From an uncultured Clostridia bacterium (GTDB taxonomy: Bacteria > Bacillota > Clostridia > Oscillospirales > Acutalibacteraceae), in contig CANQGK010000003.1 of the NCBI GenBank assembly GCA_947623175.1, positions 9,667 through 73,666 of the forward strand: 64,000 bases of DNA, given 5' to 3'. A model generated the notes under the pieces. The model ran no database searches. It saw only the letters and a program-made list of their open reading frames with translations, and was not told where the DNA came from. The position numbers were made by a program, and so were the translations under genes. Within the stretch, counting starts at the first letter, position 1. Every line of letters starts with the position of its first letter. This document shows, one piece after another, positions 17,268 to 26,243 of the stretch.

Positions 17268-18199
17268 TCAAGCGAGGTTTGGGGTTTTTAGATATAGCCT
17301 TTCAAAAAACAGATAAAAACAGGCAGATATGGTGAGAGGGTGGGAACTTTTCCACCTATGAATTGCATATTTTTTGAGATTCATCGCTGCAAATTTAAGC
17401 CTAACCCAATTAGTGACTTGGGATAAGCCTCGGTATGGAGTATATCGCATTGCATATTTTTCTTTTGCGTCTGCGAATAGTCAATGCAATCAGATTACAA
17501 TACGTTTTGCGTGGAACAACGTCCGCGCCCGCTTTGTCGCACGGTCTTACCATACGACAGTATGCTCTCAACCGTGCTTCGCGCGGAACACGAACGGCGT
17601 TCTCACGCAAAATCTTCGACCCGAGTCGGAGCGGATTTTTTCGTCCGGCAAGGAAGAGGACGCAGGAATACTGTCGTATTTCAAGGACGATGACACAGGC
17701 GGCGGATAAATCCGTCCGCCTCGGGCGCATTGTAATCTGATTGCATTGACTACCCGTTCGATTGTTTCTTTTCGTCGATTATACAGTTCCTTGTATTGTG
17801 GCGTATGCCGTATATCCTCCCATCAAACGCTACACTGTCATGCACGTTGCCAGGGTTTACCGTAACATCCATTACGTATCCGTTTTTATCACAGCCCGTT
17901 TGTGCCTCGTATGCAAAACATTTCTTGTGCTCTCCTTTGTTAAATACGCCGCTCTCCGGGTCGGTGACAGATACGGTAATTTCTTTCTCTTCCGGCGCCT
18001 TCGATTTGTTAAAGGGCTTTTTATCGTGGTCTTCTCTGTCCTCGTTGATCTCTTCCATTAACTGCTTTTCGTATTTCTTTGCTGCCTGTGGTACTGCCTT
18101 CTTTACTGCTTTCTTCAAATTTGCGTTGGCTTTTATGTGTGTTCCGTCTATGAACACCGCCTCCGGCGACAAATATCCCGCATTATTGATTTCTCCCAA
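17268..18199 (-). pseudogene. IS1182-family transposase, fragmented (internal deletion/insertion, N-terminus missing)
   Basis: Fragment 17750-18199 contains FIDGTHIKANAN...DPESGVFNKGEHKKCFAYEAQTGCD...NPGNVHDS. Fragment 17268-17450 contains MRYTPYRGLSQVTNWVRLKFAAMNLKKYA, the family's C-terminus. Frame-compatible IPHFSTISYNFKHRY continues up to about 18310 without a start codon. Confidence 0.7.
17478..17752. repeat. 275-bp element bounded by perfect 24-bp inverted repeats (MITE-like), nested in the IS remnant
   Basis: tagtcaatgcaatcagattacaat (17478-17501) is the exact reverse complement of 17729-17752. The outermost TA on each side could be a TA target duplication. The interior is GC-richer than the surrounding DNA. 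Confidence 0.6.
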
Positions 18200-18337
18200 T
18201 ATCCAATAGAATATTTCCTCTATTGTGTTTTCCGTATATCTATGCTTAAAGTTATAGCTGATCGTGGAAAAGTGAGGAATTTGTTCATTATATACGCAAA
18301 AAAGCCCAGCTTTTTCTGGACTTTTTCGACAGACTGA

Positions 18338-18366
18338 AAGCCGATTGCGTTTGCAATCGGCTTTTT
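18338..18366. terminator. tRNA operon terminator hairpin (copy 2 of the duplicated hairpin)
   Basis: aaagccgattgc-gttt-gcaatcggcttttt, immediately downstream (on the minus strand) of tRNA-Tyr. Confidence 0.6.
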
Positions 18367-18367
18367 A

Positions 18368-18452
18368 TGGTGGGAGAGGATGGATTCGAACCATCGAAGC
18401 GAAACGCAGCAGATTTACAGTCTGTCCCCTTTGGCCACTCGGGAACTCTCCC
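18368..18452 (-). tRNA. tRNA-Tyr (GTA), class II with long variable arm, CCA encoded
   Basis: The reverse complement is GGGAGAGTTCCCGAGTGGCCAAAGGGGACAGACTGTAAATCTGC...GATGGTTCGAATCCATCCTCTCCCACCA. The acceptor stem is GGGAGAG/CTCTCCC, the anticodon loop is CTGTAAA, and the T-loop is TTCGAAT. Confidence 0.9.
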
Positions 18453-18487
18453 ATATTTACTTGTTTATTTGAAATCGCGGTCACAGC

Positions 18488-18563
18488 TGGAGCTGGTGGA
18501 CGGACTCGAACCCCCGACCTGCTGATTACAAATCAGCTGCTCTACCAACTGAGCTACACCAGC
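18488..18563 (-). tRNA. tRNA-Thr (TGT), CCA encoded
   Basis: The reverse complement is GCTGGTGTAGCTCAGTTGGTAGAGCAGCTGATTTGTAATCAGCAGGTCGGGGGTTCGAGTCCGTCCACCAGCTCCA. The anticodon stem is GCTGA/TCAGC and the loop is TTTGTAA. The T-stem has one mismatch. Confidence 0.85.
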
Positions 18564-18582
18564 AATTTCAAAGTGCCTAAAT

Positions 18583-18611
18583 AATATACCATAACAAAAG
18601 GACAATGTCAA
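18583..18611 (-). promoter_or_regulatory. sigma-A promoter of the tRNA-Thr/Tyr operon
   Basis: Read on the minus strand: TTGACA, 17-nt spacer, TATATT, about 20 nt upstream of the tRNA-Thr 5' end. Confidence 0.6.
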
Positions 18612-18754
18612 GATTTTTTTGCAAATTCGCCCTAATTTTTTTATAATTTTTTTTATAAAAAAGTTTTTGCACCTAATTTTTATACAAACATATTATGTTA
18701 TTGAAGTCGGTACAAAAACTGTACGACCTTCATTAATTATTGGGAGGCTTATAT

Positions 18755-19588
18755 ATGGCAGATTTAAAAAACGGCTGCCCTGCCGACGGCGGCTTTAAAG
18801 AAGCGGTTTGCATAGACGCCGGAAGAGTATACGATTCCTGTTGCGACCGCGATTGCCTTGAGGACCTTCGGTGCTTCTTTTTGCCCGAAACCCAAGAGCT
18901 TGTAGAGTCAGCTATGAGCGCAAAGCTTCGCGGCGCCGAGGTACTTAATGTTTCCATTGACGTTGAACCGGTAAATTTCAACAAAGGCTTTTATGCATGC
19001 GATCTTACCTTCTTCTTTTCGGTCGATCTTGACCTTTACACGTCGCCGCACTCATGTCCAGCGTCGGTATCGGGTATAACGTCCTACAGCAAGCGGGTTA
19101 TACTTTACGGAAGCGACGGCAACGTTAAGGTATTTTCAAGTCAGTCCGGCGGCTCCTGCGACGAAAACGCCGCAAATTCCGTTAAGGCGTCGAACAGCCC
19201 GAAATGCGTGGTTCAGGCGGTCGATCCCGTTCCGTTATCGGCAAGAATAGGCGAGGTTCACGACTGCTATGAAAGCATTCGCCGCGTTCCGAAAAACGTA
19301 TGCGACTGCATAGGTGGAAACGTCGTAACCGATATTCGCAACGGCAGTCCCGCAGTGTTTGTGACGTTAGGACTTTTTACCATAGTTCAATTGGTGCGAA
19401 ACGTTCAAATGCTTATTCCGGTTTACGACTTTTGTCTGCCCGAAAAAACCTGCTCCGACGTTATCGAGGGGCCATGCGACGCGTTTAAGAAAATCAAATT
19501 TCCTACAGACGATTTCTTCCCGCCGAGACCCTGCGATATTAACAATTCCGGCTGCGGATGCTGCTGCGAAACGGAAGAAAATAATTGA
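18755..19588 (+). CDS. cysteine-rich hypothetical protein
   Basis: 277 aa starting at MADLKNGC, preceded by a GGGAGG RBS. It has multiple Cys clusters (VCIDAGRVYDSCCDRDCLEDLRCFF near the start, CDINNSGCGCCCETEENN at the end). I do not recognise a family. Confidence 0.6.
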   Translation: MADLKNGCPADGGFKEAVCIDAGRVYDSCCDRDCLEDLRCFFLPETQELVESAMSAKLRGAEVLNVSIDVEPVNFNKGFYACDLTFFFSVDLDLYTSPHSCPASVSGITSYSKRVILYGSDGNVKVFSSQSGGSCDENAANSVKASNSPKCVVQAVDPVPLSARIGEVHDCYESIRRVPKNVCDCIGGNVVTDIRNGSPAVFVTLGLFTIVQLVRNVQMLIPVYDFCLPEKTCSDVIEGPCDAFKKIKFPTDDFFPPRPCDINNSGCGCCCETEENN

Positions 19589-19592
19589 TAAA

Positions 19593-19632
19593 AACCCGAA
19601 CAGCAGGAATTTTAGCTCCTACTGTTCGGGTT
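19593..19632. terminator. bidirectional hairpin terminator
   Basis: aacccgaacagcagga-N8-tcctactgttcgggtt, a 16-bp stem with 1 mismatch, between convergent genes. Confidence 0.65.
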
Positions 19633-19639
19633 AATTTAA

Positions 19640-21121
19640 CTATCCGTCCAAAGGCGAGGTATCGAGCTTATCGAATTGCTCGAAAAAGTCTCTGATTCCT
19701 GCAATGTCCTCTTTTATGCCGCCCGATTTATTGCTTTCGAAATTCATTGGCATAACGGGATCATGAACGCTGAGCCTTAACAAAAACCAACCGTTTTCGG
19801 TGGAAATTCGTATTCCCTCGCGGTTATCGTCCGCGATGCGGTATTTTTTATTCGCCGCCGCGAACGCTCCGAGCTTTTCTATTACCTTTTCGCCGTAAGC
19901 CTTAAAATCCGGCGTATTTATGTTAAGCCGTACCTCTTTTTCCTCTATAGGCTGTTTCACCCGGCTTAAAACGGCGTCGATATCGGTGCCTTTTACAAGC
20001 TCGATTACTATTTTGGTAACAAGATACGCGCCGTCGTCAAGGAAATAATTTTCTCTTAGAGCCGCATGGCCCGAGGTTTCTATTGCCAAGGGGCAGTCCT
20101 TGCCCTCGGCGTTAAGCTCTACGGCCTTATTTATAACGTTTTTATAGCCTCTGCGATAACGGTAATGCTCGCATTTTAAATCGTTTTCGATAAAATCCTT
20201 CAAGCCGTCACTCGTCACCGAATCGGTAACGATAACCGCGTTTTCTTTGCCGCCCGCCACAATATACGAAGCCAGGGCGATAAGCCGGTTGCGGTTTATC
20301 TCGTTGCCGTTTTTGTCAACGCAGGCGGCGCGGTCGACGTCGGTATCGAAAATCAGCCCCAAATCGGCGCCGGACTCCTTAACCGCGTCGGAAATGCTTT
20401 TCATAGCGTCGGCGTTTTCGGGGTTGGGTATATGGTTCGGGAACATACCGTCGGGATTTAAAAACCGACTGCCGGTTATATCCGCTCCCAATTTTTCGAG
20501 CACCTCATAGGCGTAAAACCCGCCCGCGCCGTTGCCGGCGTCCACCGCGATTTTATACCCTTTAAGCGGTTTTTCCTTTTCGGATTTATTTACCGCCTCG
20601 CAAATCATGCGGCGAAGCCTCGCGGCGTATACCGACATATAATCCGTTTTGACAGCCACTCCGGCGCATTTTGCCGTAATTTTTTCCTTTTTGTTTGCAA
20701 GCCCCGTGATTTCGGAAATATCCGATCCGTCAAGTCCGCCCTTCGGGGTGAAAAACTTAATTCCGTTCCGGTCAAACGGATGATGGCTTGCGGTGATATC
20801 CACGGCGGCGTCCGTCCTTAAATCCACCGTTGTCATAAACATGGCGGGTGTAGAGCTTAAGCCGCAGTCCAAGACGGTAACACCGGCGTCCGTAAGCGCT
20901 TTACAAACCTCGGCGGAAATTTGCTCGCCGGTTATGCGGGAATCATGCCCTACCGAGACCATAAGCGAATTAGCGCATTTTTTGAATTTATTTACATACC
21001 ACACGACAAACGCGGAGGTTATATCGTAAACCGCCTCCGGCGTGAGATTTACCGTATTTCCTCCCAAATCGCTCGTGAAGCCTCGAATGTCCGTACCGCT
21101 TTTAAGAGTACCGTAATCCAA
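19640..21121 (-). CDS. phosphoglucomutase/phosphomannomutase (alpha-D-phosphohexomutase family)
   Basis: 493 aa with the active-site loop DITASHHPFDRNGIKF, the metal loop FDTDVDRA and the sugar loop GHAALRENY. Confidence 0.88.
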   Translation of the reverse strand: MDYGTLKSGTDIRGFTSDLGGNTVNLTPEAVYDITSAFVVWYVNKFKKCANSLMVSVGHDSRITGEQISAEVCKALTDAGVTVLDCGLSSTPAMFMTTVDLRTDAAVDITASHHPFDRNGIKFFTPKGGLDGSDISEITGLANKKEKITAKCAGVAVKTDYMSVYAARLRRMICEAVNKSEKEKPLKGYKIAVDAGNGAGGFYAYEVLEKLGADITGSRFLNPDGMFPNHIPNPENADAMKSISDAVKESGADLGLIFDTDVDRAACVDKNGNEINRNRLIALASYIVAGGKENAVIVTDSVTSDGLKDFIENDLKCEHYRYRRGYKNVINKAVELNAEGKDCPLAIETSGHAALRENYFLDDGAYLVTKIVIELVKGTDIDAVLSRVKQPIEEKEVRLNINTPDFKAYGEKVIEKLGAFAAANKKYRIADDNREGIRISTENGWFLLRLSVHDPVMPMNFESNKSGGIKEDIAGIRDFFEQFDKLDTSPLDG

Positions 21122-21142
21122 AAAAATTCCCCCGATGTAATT

Positions 21143-21259
21143 TTAATTAAAAAAGTATCCCGCCGCGATAAAGCCTATAACCAAAAGGGCTATAGCCGCC
21201 GCGGTAAAAAGCATTGATTTTAAAAAAGCCTTATACGCCTTTTCGCTGTTACTCTTCAT
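21143..21259 (-). CDS. possible 38-aa single-TM small protein
   Basis: My translation is MKSNSEKAYKAFLKSMLFTAAAIALLVIGFIAAGYFFN. A GAGGTG RBS lies 7 nt upstream. It is below the size cutoff of the ORF track and sits just upstream of the phosphohexomutase gene. Confidence 0.35.
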   Translation of the reverse strand: MKSNSEKAYKAFLKSMLFTAAAIALLVIGFIAAGYFFN

Positions 21260-21388
21260 GCCAAAACACCTCAAGGATAGTTTTGGCATAAAAATCGGTA
21301 TTTAATCCCGAATGCGCCTGCCGCGTTTGCAAATATGTATAATAAACAATGCCATAATTTTATGGCATTGCTTTTCGGGATATGGTAA

Positions 21389-22033
21389 TTAAAGCGATTT
21401 AATAAAGGCGGCGTTTTGCTCTAAGGCGTCCGAAAACATAAAGTTACCCGCGACAAGAACATCCGCTCCGGCGTCTGCCGCCAAAGGAGCGGTTTCTTTA
21501 TTTATGCCGCCGTCAACCTCCAAAAGGATATTATAGCCTTTATCCTTTATTTCCTTTTTCAAGGCGGAAAGCTTATCCAAAGCGGAGGGCATAAAGCTCT
21601 GCCCGCCAAAACCCGGCTCCACCGACATTACGAGCACCATATCGCATAAAGGAAGCAGCGAAAATATTTCGCGTGGTTCGGTACAGGGCTTTATGGTAAG
21701 GCAGGATTTACAGCCGAGACCGCGTATTTCCTTTAAGGTCTCCGCCACATCGCCGCCCGCCTCGTAATGAATACCCAAATAATCTGCATAAACGGCGAAA
21801 TCCTTAATATATCTGTACGGACGGTCTATCATGAGATGAATATCGAGCGGCAAATCCGAGTGCTTTTTTATGGATTTTATAACCGGCACGCCGAAGGAGA
21901 TGTTAGGCACGAAAATTCCGTCCATAACGTCCAAATGGAGCATATCCGCTCCGGCGGATTTGAGCCGCGCAATATCCTCTTTTAAATTCAAATAATCCGA
22001 GCCTAACAACGATACGGAAAGCTGTACTGACAT
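21389..22033 (-). CDS. rpe: ribulose-phosphate 3-epimerase
   Basis: 214 aa with LHLDVMDGIFVPNISFG, DIHLM, VMSVEPGFGGQSF and VDGGIN motifs. Confidence 0.92.
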   Translation of the reverse strand: MSVQLSVSLLGSDYLNLKEDIARLKSAGADMLHLDVMDGIFVPNISFGVPVIKSIKKHSDLPLDIHLMIDRPYRYIKDFAVYADYLGIHYEAGGDVAETLKEIRGLGCKSCLTIKPCTEPREIFSLLPLCDMVLVMSVEPGFGGQSFMPSALDKLSALKKEIKDKGYNILLEVDGGINKETAPLAADAGADVLVAGNFMFSDALEQNAAFIKSL

Positions 22034-22094
22034 TAAAACTTCCTTTCTTTAAACCGTGAATGTATTTACAGATAATCCGATTACAGCATAAAGC

Positions 22095-22757
22095 TTAGCG
22101 GTTTGCGCGCTTATACTCTATTTGCTGTTCGATCATCATGTCCTTTACCTTCATAAGCCTTGCCCGGCTCGAGCGCTCGTTTTCCTCAAGCTTCATGGTA
22201 ATAAAGCGTATGGTATCCCGATACATCGGTATCAGCACATGCTCGAGCGCGTTTACTCTTCTGCGGGTTTTCTCGATTTCATCCGCCATGGTAATGACCG
22301 CTTTTTCCTTTTGGGCAAGCTCGAGCATTACGGGCAGTAAATCGGACAATCCCTTTACCGCGGTATCGAGCTCAAAAGAGGTGGAGGCAAAGCCGTAAGA
22401 GTAAATATCGCTGTTATGGGCGGTACGCGTTTTGATATTGTAAACGGGTATATTAACACTCATAACGTTTTGGGTATCTATGTCGAGATAAACTTCCTGC
22501 TTGGGGTAAAGCAGAGCGGCGTCGACGCTTTCCGCCGACATAACGCCCGAAGCCGAAAGAAAATCGGAATTTACCCGTTTCATTCCCGCTTCGAAGGTTT
22601 CGCGCAAAGTCTTGGCCTCTCTCACCGTTTCGAGAAAACGGCGCATAAGCTCGTCGCGCTTATCCTTAAGCAGCTTGTGACCCTTTACCGCGGTTATGAG
22701 CTGTTTTTTAAGCTTTGTCAGCTCCATGCGGGTGGGGTTTACGTTCATAACCGCCAT
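22095..22757 (-). CDS. ntpD: V-type ATP synthase subunit D
   Basis: 220 aa. NPTRMELTKLKKQL...ALEHVLIP is typical of subunit D. It is the last gene of the ntp operon. Confidence 0.9.
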   Translation of the reverse strand: MAVMNVNPTRMELTKLKKQLITAVKGHKLLKDKRDELMRRFLETVREAKTLRETFEAGMKRVNSDFLSASGVMSAESVDAALLYPKQEVYLDIDTQNVMSVNIPVYNIKTRTAHNSDIYSYGFASTSFELDTAVKGLSDLLPVMLELAQKEKAVITMADEIEKTRRRVNALEHVLIPMYRDTIRFITMKLEENERSSRARLMKVKDMMIEQQIEYKRANR

Positions 22758-22759
22758 TT

Positions 22760-24142
22760 TTACCGCTCCTTAAAATTATCGTAATACCTGTCGAGCAGGT
22801 CGTCGTCGATACGCTTAAGCTCGCTACGGGGCAAAATCGAGAGCAATTTCCAGCCGATATCGAGAGTTTGCTCGATAGTGCGGTTTGTATTGAAGCCCTG
22901 AGATACGTATTCCTTCTCGAATTTATCCGAAAATTCGGCGTATTTTTTATCGATATCGGTAAGGGCGGCTTCGCCCAAAATTACCATAAGCTCTTTTGCA
23001 TCCTTACCTCTGGCATAGGCGGCAAAAAGCTGGTTCATTGTGGCGGCATGGTCTTCTCTCGTTCTGCCCTCGCCTATTCCCTTATCCTTAAGACGCGACA
23101 GCGACGGCAAAACGTCGATAGGCGGCATTACGCCCTTTCTGTAAAGCTCACGGCTTAAAATTATCTGACCCTCGGTAATGTAGCCGGTAAGGTCGGGAAT
23201 GGGGTGGGTTTTATCATCCTCCGGCATTGAAAGAATGGGTATAAGGGTGATGGAACCCGATTTGCCCTCAAGTCTGCCGGCGCGCTCGTAAAGGGTGGCA
23301 AGGTCGGTATACATATAACCCGGATATCCGCGTCTGCCGGGAACCTCCTTGCGCGCGGCGGAAACCTCACGCAAAGCGTCGGCATAGTTGGTGATATCGG
23401 TCATGATAACCAATACCTGCATACCCAAATCAAACGCCAGATACTCCGCCGCGGTCAATGCAACCTTGGGAGTTGCCAACCTTTCGATAGCGGGATCGTT
23501 CGCGAGATTTACAAACATTACCGTGCGGTCCAAAGCGCCGGTTTCACGGAAAGAATTTATAAAGAAATTGGACTCCTCGAAGGTAATACCCATGGCGGCA
23601 AAAACAACGGCGAATTGCTCGTTATCGCCGCGAACCGCCGCCTGACGGGCTATCTGAGCGGCAAGATCCGCATGCGGCAAGCCGGAAGCGGAAAATATGG
23701 GTAATTTTTGCCCGCGAACCAGGGTGTTAAGTCCGTCAATGGCGGAAACGCCGGTCTGGATAAACTCCTGCGGATAGTTTCTTGCGGCGGGATTCATAGG
23801 TCTGCCGTTTACGTCAAGCCGTTTTTCGGGGATTATTTCCGGGCCGTTATCGATAGGTCTGCCGAGTCCGTCAAAGACGCGCGAGAGCATGTCGGGCGAT
23901 ACGCCCAGCTCCATTCCTCTGCCCAAAAACCTTACCTTTGACTCGGCAAGATTTATTCCCGCGGAGCTTTCAAAAAGCTGTACCAAAGCGTTTGAGCCGT
24001 TTATTTCGAGCACTCTGCAGCGGCGCGTACTGCCGTCGGGCAGCTCGATTTCGCCCAATTCGTCAAACTTAACGTTTTCGACCTCGCTTACCATCATAAG
24101 AGGGCCTGCTACCTCACGAATGGTTTTATACTCTTTAGGCAT
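22760..24142 (-). CDS. ntpB: V-type ATP synthase subunit B
   Basis: Start set at [18 protein letters not shown], overlapping the subunit A stop in TGATG; the tracked ORF extends to 24220. Conserved B-subunit sequence runs throughout. Confidence 0.92.
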   Translation of the reverse strand: MPKEYKTIREVAGPLMMVSEVENVKFDELGEIELPDGSTRRCRVLEINGSNALVQLFESSAGINLAESKVRFLGRGMELGVSPDMLSRVFDGLGRPIDNGPEIIPEKRLDVNGRPMNPAARNYPQEFIQTGVSAIDGLNTLVRGQKLPIFSASGLPHADLAAQIARQAAVRGDNEQFAVVFAAMGITFEESNFFINSFRETGALDRTVMFVNLANDPAIERLATPKVALTAAEYLAFDLGMQVLVIMTDITNYADALREVSAARKEVPGRRGYPGYMYTDLATLYERAGRLEGKSGSITLIPILSMPEDDKTHPIPDLTGYITEGQIILSRELYRKGVMPPIDVLPSLSRLKDKGIGEGRTREDHAATMNQLFAAYARGKDAKELMVILGEAALTDIDKKYAEFSDKFEKEYVSQGFNTNRTIEQTLDIGWKLLSILPRSELKRIDDDLLDRYYDNFKER

Positions 24143-25908
24143 CAAATCTCCTCCTTGCTTTCGGCGTTCTTTATATCGTTTTCTATATCCGCCAATATGG
24201 CTTTGTAAGCGCTTTCGCACTCGGCTTCGGCGGTGTACTTAAATCTGCCTATTTTTTCTCTTACGGGCATATTGACGATGTAATCGATCGAAATATTATT
24301 CTTTACGGCTTCGAGCGATTTATCGTAGAAGCTCACGATAAGATCCATAAGCATAAACTGCTTCTCGAGCGAGGTATAGGTATCCGTCTCGTGGAAAGCG
24401 TTTTGATGCAGATAGTCCTCTCTTATGGAGCGGGCGGCCTCGAGCTTCAGACGGTCGGGTGCGGAGAGCGCGTCCATACCTACGAGCTTTACTATTTCCT
24501 CAAGCTCGGCTTCCTCCTGCAAAAGAGTCATAAGTCGTCCGCGAAGCTTATACCAATCGGGCTTAACGTTTTTGTTGAACCACTCCGCCAGCGAATCGGC
24601 GTAAAGCGAATAGCTCGTAAGCCAATTTATGGCGGGGAAATGGCGCTTGTAGGCAAGCGAAGAATCAAGTCCCCAAAAGACCTTTACTATACGAAGGGTT
24701 GCCTGTGATACCGGCTCCGAAATATCGCCTCCAGGAGGTGATACCGCGCCGATAACCGAAAGGGCGCCCTCGTTATCCTCGGTGCCGTTTACTATGACCC
24801 TGCCGGCGCGCTCGTAAAACTGCGCAAGCCGCGAGCCCAAATAAGCGGGATAGCCCTCTTCGCCGGGCATTTCCTCAAGTCTGCCGGACATTTCGCGAAG
24901 CGCCTCCGCCCAACGCGAGGTGGAGTCCGCCATCAAGGCTACCGTATAACCCATATCGCGGAAATACTCCGCAATGGTGATGCCGGTATAAATCGACGCC
25001 TCACGCGCGGCAACCGGCATATCGGAGGTATTTGCTATAAGCACGGTTCTTTCCATAAGCGAATTACCCGTCCGCGGATCCTTAAGCTCGGGGAATTCGT
25101 TTAAAACGTCGGTCATTTCGTTGCCGCGTTCGCCGCAGCCTATATAAACTATAATATCCGCCGCCGCCCATTTTGCAAGCTGGTGCTGAACGACGGTTTT
25201 ACCCGAACCGAAGGGGCCCGGAACCGCGGCGACGCCGCCCTTGGCTATCGGAAAAAGGGTATCTATTACGCGCTGACCGGTTACGAGCGGAATATCCGGA
25301 GAGAGCTTGCGCTTGTAAGGTCTGCCCACACGAACGGGCCAGGTCTGCATAAGGGTAAGCTCTTTTACGCCGTTATCACTCTCAACCGTATAAACCGTTT
25401 GCGAAACGGTATAGTCGCCCTCGGCTATACTCGCTATTTTACCGCTTACTCCGGGGGGTACCATTATTTTGTGACGGACAATCGGCGTTTCTTCGACAAC
25501 GCCTACCTCATCGCCCGGCGCCACGGTATCGCCCGCCTGCTTTGACGGGGTGAAATGCCAGGCTTTTTCGCGAGAAAGGCTCGGAACGGAAACGCCGCGC
25601 TGTAAATTGGTTCCCGCGATTTTCATAATTTCCTTTAACGGGCGCTGTATACCGTCAAATATGGAACCTATAAGCCCGGGGCCCAGCTCAACGCTGAGCG
25701 GCATTCCGGTTGAAACGACCTTTTCGCCGGGGCCTAAGCCTGCGGTCTCCTCGTAAACCTGAATGGAAGCCTTGTCTCCGTGCATTTCTATTATTTCGCC
25801 TATAAGTCCCTTATCGCTTACGTGCACTACGTCAAACATATTCGCACTGCGCATACCTTCGGCTACAACCAGAGGACCTGCCACCTTAGTAATTATTCCT
25901 TCGGTCAT
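24142..25908 (-). CDS. ntpA: V-type ATP synthase catalytic subunit A
   Basis: 588 aa with the Walker A motif GPFGSGKTV and conserved A-subunit regions. Confidence 0.95.
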   Translation of the reverse strand: MTEGIITKVAGPLVVAEGMRSANMFDVVHVSDKGLIGEIIEMHGDKASIQVYEETAGLGPGEKVVSTGMPLSVELGPGLIGSIFDGIQRPLKEIMKIAGTNLQRGVSVPSLSREKAWHFTPSKQAGDTVAPGDEVGVVEETPIVRHKIMVPPGVSGKIASIAEGDYTVSQTVYTVESDNGVKELTLMQTWPVRVGRPYKRKLSPDIPLVTGQRVIDTLFPIAKGGVAAVPGPFGSGKTVVQHQLAKWAAADIIVYIGCGERGNEMTDVLNEFPELKDPRTGNSLMERTVLIANTSDMPVAAREASIYTGITIAEYFRDMGYTVALMADSTSRWAEALREMSGRLEEMPGEEGYPAYLGSRLAQFYERAGRVIVNGTEDNEGALSVIGAVSPPGGDISEPVSQATLRIVKVFWGLDSSLAYKRHFPAINWLTSYSLYADSLAEWFNKNVKPDWYKLRGRLMTLLQEEAELEEIVKLVGMDALSAPDRLKLEAARSIREDYLHQNAFHETDTYTSLEKQFMLMDLIVSFYDKSLEAVKNNISIDYIVNMPVREKIGRFKYTAEAECESAYKAILADIENDIKNAESKEEI

Positions 25909-26243
25909 TTTGTACTCTCCTTATTAAATATAATGTCCGAGCCGACTGCCTTTTCCACCGCTTCGGAAAGTCGTTTTACGCCTATGCCGCTATTTGCTTT
26001 TACCGACGGTATAGGCACCACGCAAAGGTCGGGCGATTTATCGATCCGATCGACCTGCTTTTTGGCAAGAGCCGCCAAATACTCGGTTATATAAATCACG
26101 GCGTAACCGTTATCCACAGCCTGTTTTAAGACTTTATCCGCCGCTTCGTCCTCTTCGCACACAAAAATATCGAGGCCCAAAGCGGCAAAGCCCTTGATGC
26201 TGTCTCGGTCGCCTATACAGCAAATCTTAGCCATAAACTTCAC
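25905..26243 (-). CDS. V-type ATP synthase subunit F
   Basis: About 110 aa, [20 protein letters not shown]. The start is uncertain (GTG at 26243 or ATG at 26234). Confidence 0.8.
   Translation of the reverse strand: MKFMAKICCIGDRDSIKGFAALGLDIFVCEEDEAADKVLKQAVDNGYAVIYITEYLAALAKKQVDRIDKSPDLCVVPIPSVKANSGIGVKRLSEAVEKAVGSDIIFNKESTK

Larger units (their letters stand above)
17243..18337 (-). mobile_element. degraded IS1182-family insertion sequence (about 1.1 kb remnant)
   Basis: It has inverted ends tcagtctgtc (17243-52) and gacagactga (18328-37). Internal transposase fragments carry IS1182-type motifs. It is flanked by duplicated hairpin copies. Confidence 0.65.

Noticed and set aside
17374-17740. 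Several 60-110-aa ORFs on both strands inside the IS remnant and the inverted-repeat element.
   Set aside because: They are mutually overlapping, Arg-rich, lack RBSs and have no family resemblance. They are most likely non-coding.
17478-17752. The idea that the 24-bp inverted repeats plus the structured interior are a retron msr-msd locus (a1/a2 repeats).
   Set aside because: No reverse transcriptase gene is adjacent or anywhere in the window. The repeats are much longer than typical a1/a2. The element sits inside a dead transposase gene. MITE-like or invertible-segment explanations are kept instead.
24143-24220. N-terminal extensions of tracked ORFs. Examples are subunit B to 24220, GRE to 9836, recombinase to 16276, L28 to 38925, major pilin to 61822, sortase C to 59460, and the oxidoreductase to 54764.
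   Set aside because: In each case an internal Met with a proper GGAGG-type RBS gives the conserved family N-terminus or signal peptide. The upstream extension overlaps the preceding gene or lacks an RBS.
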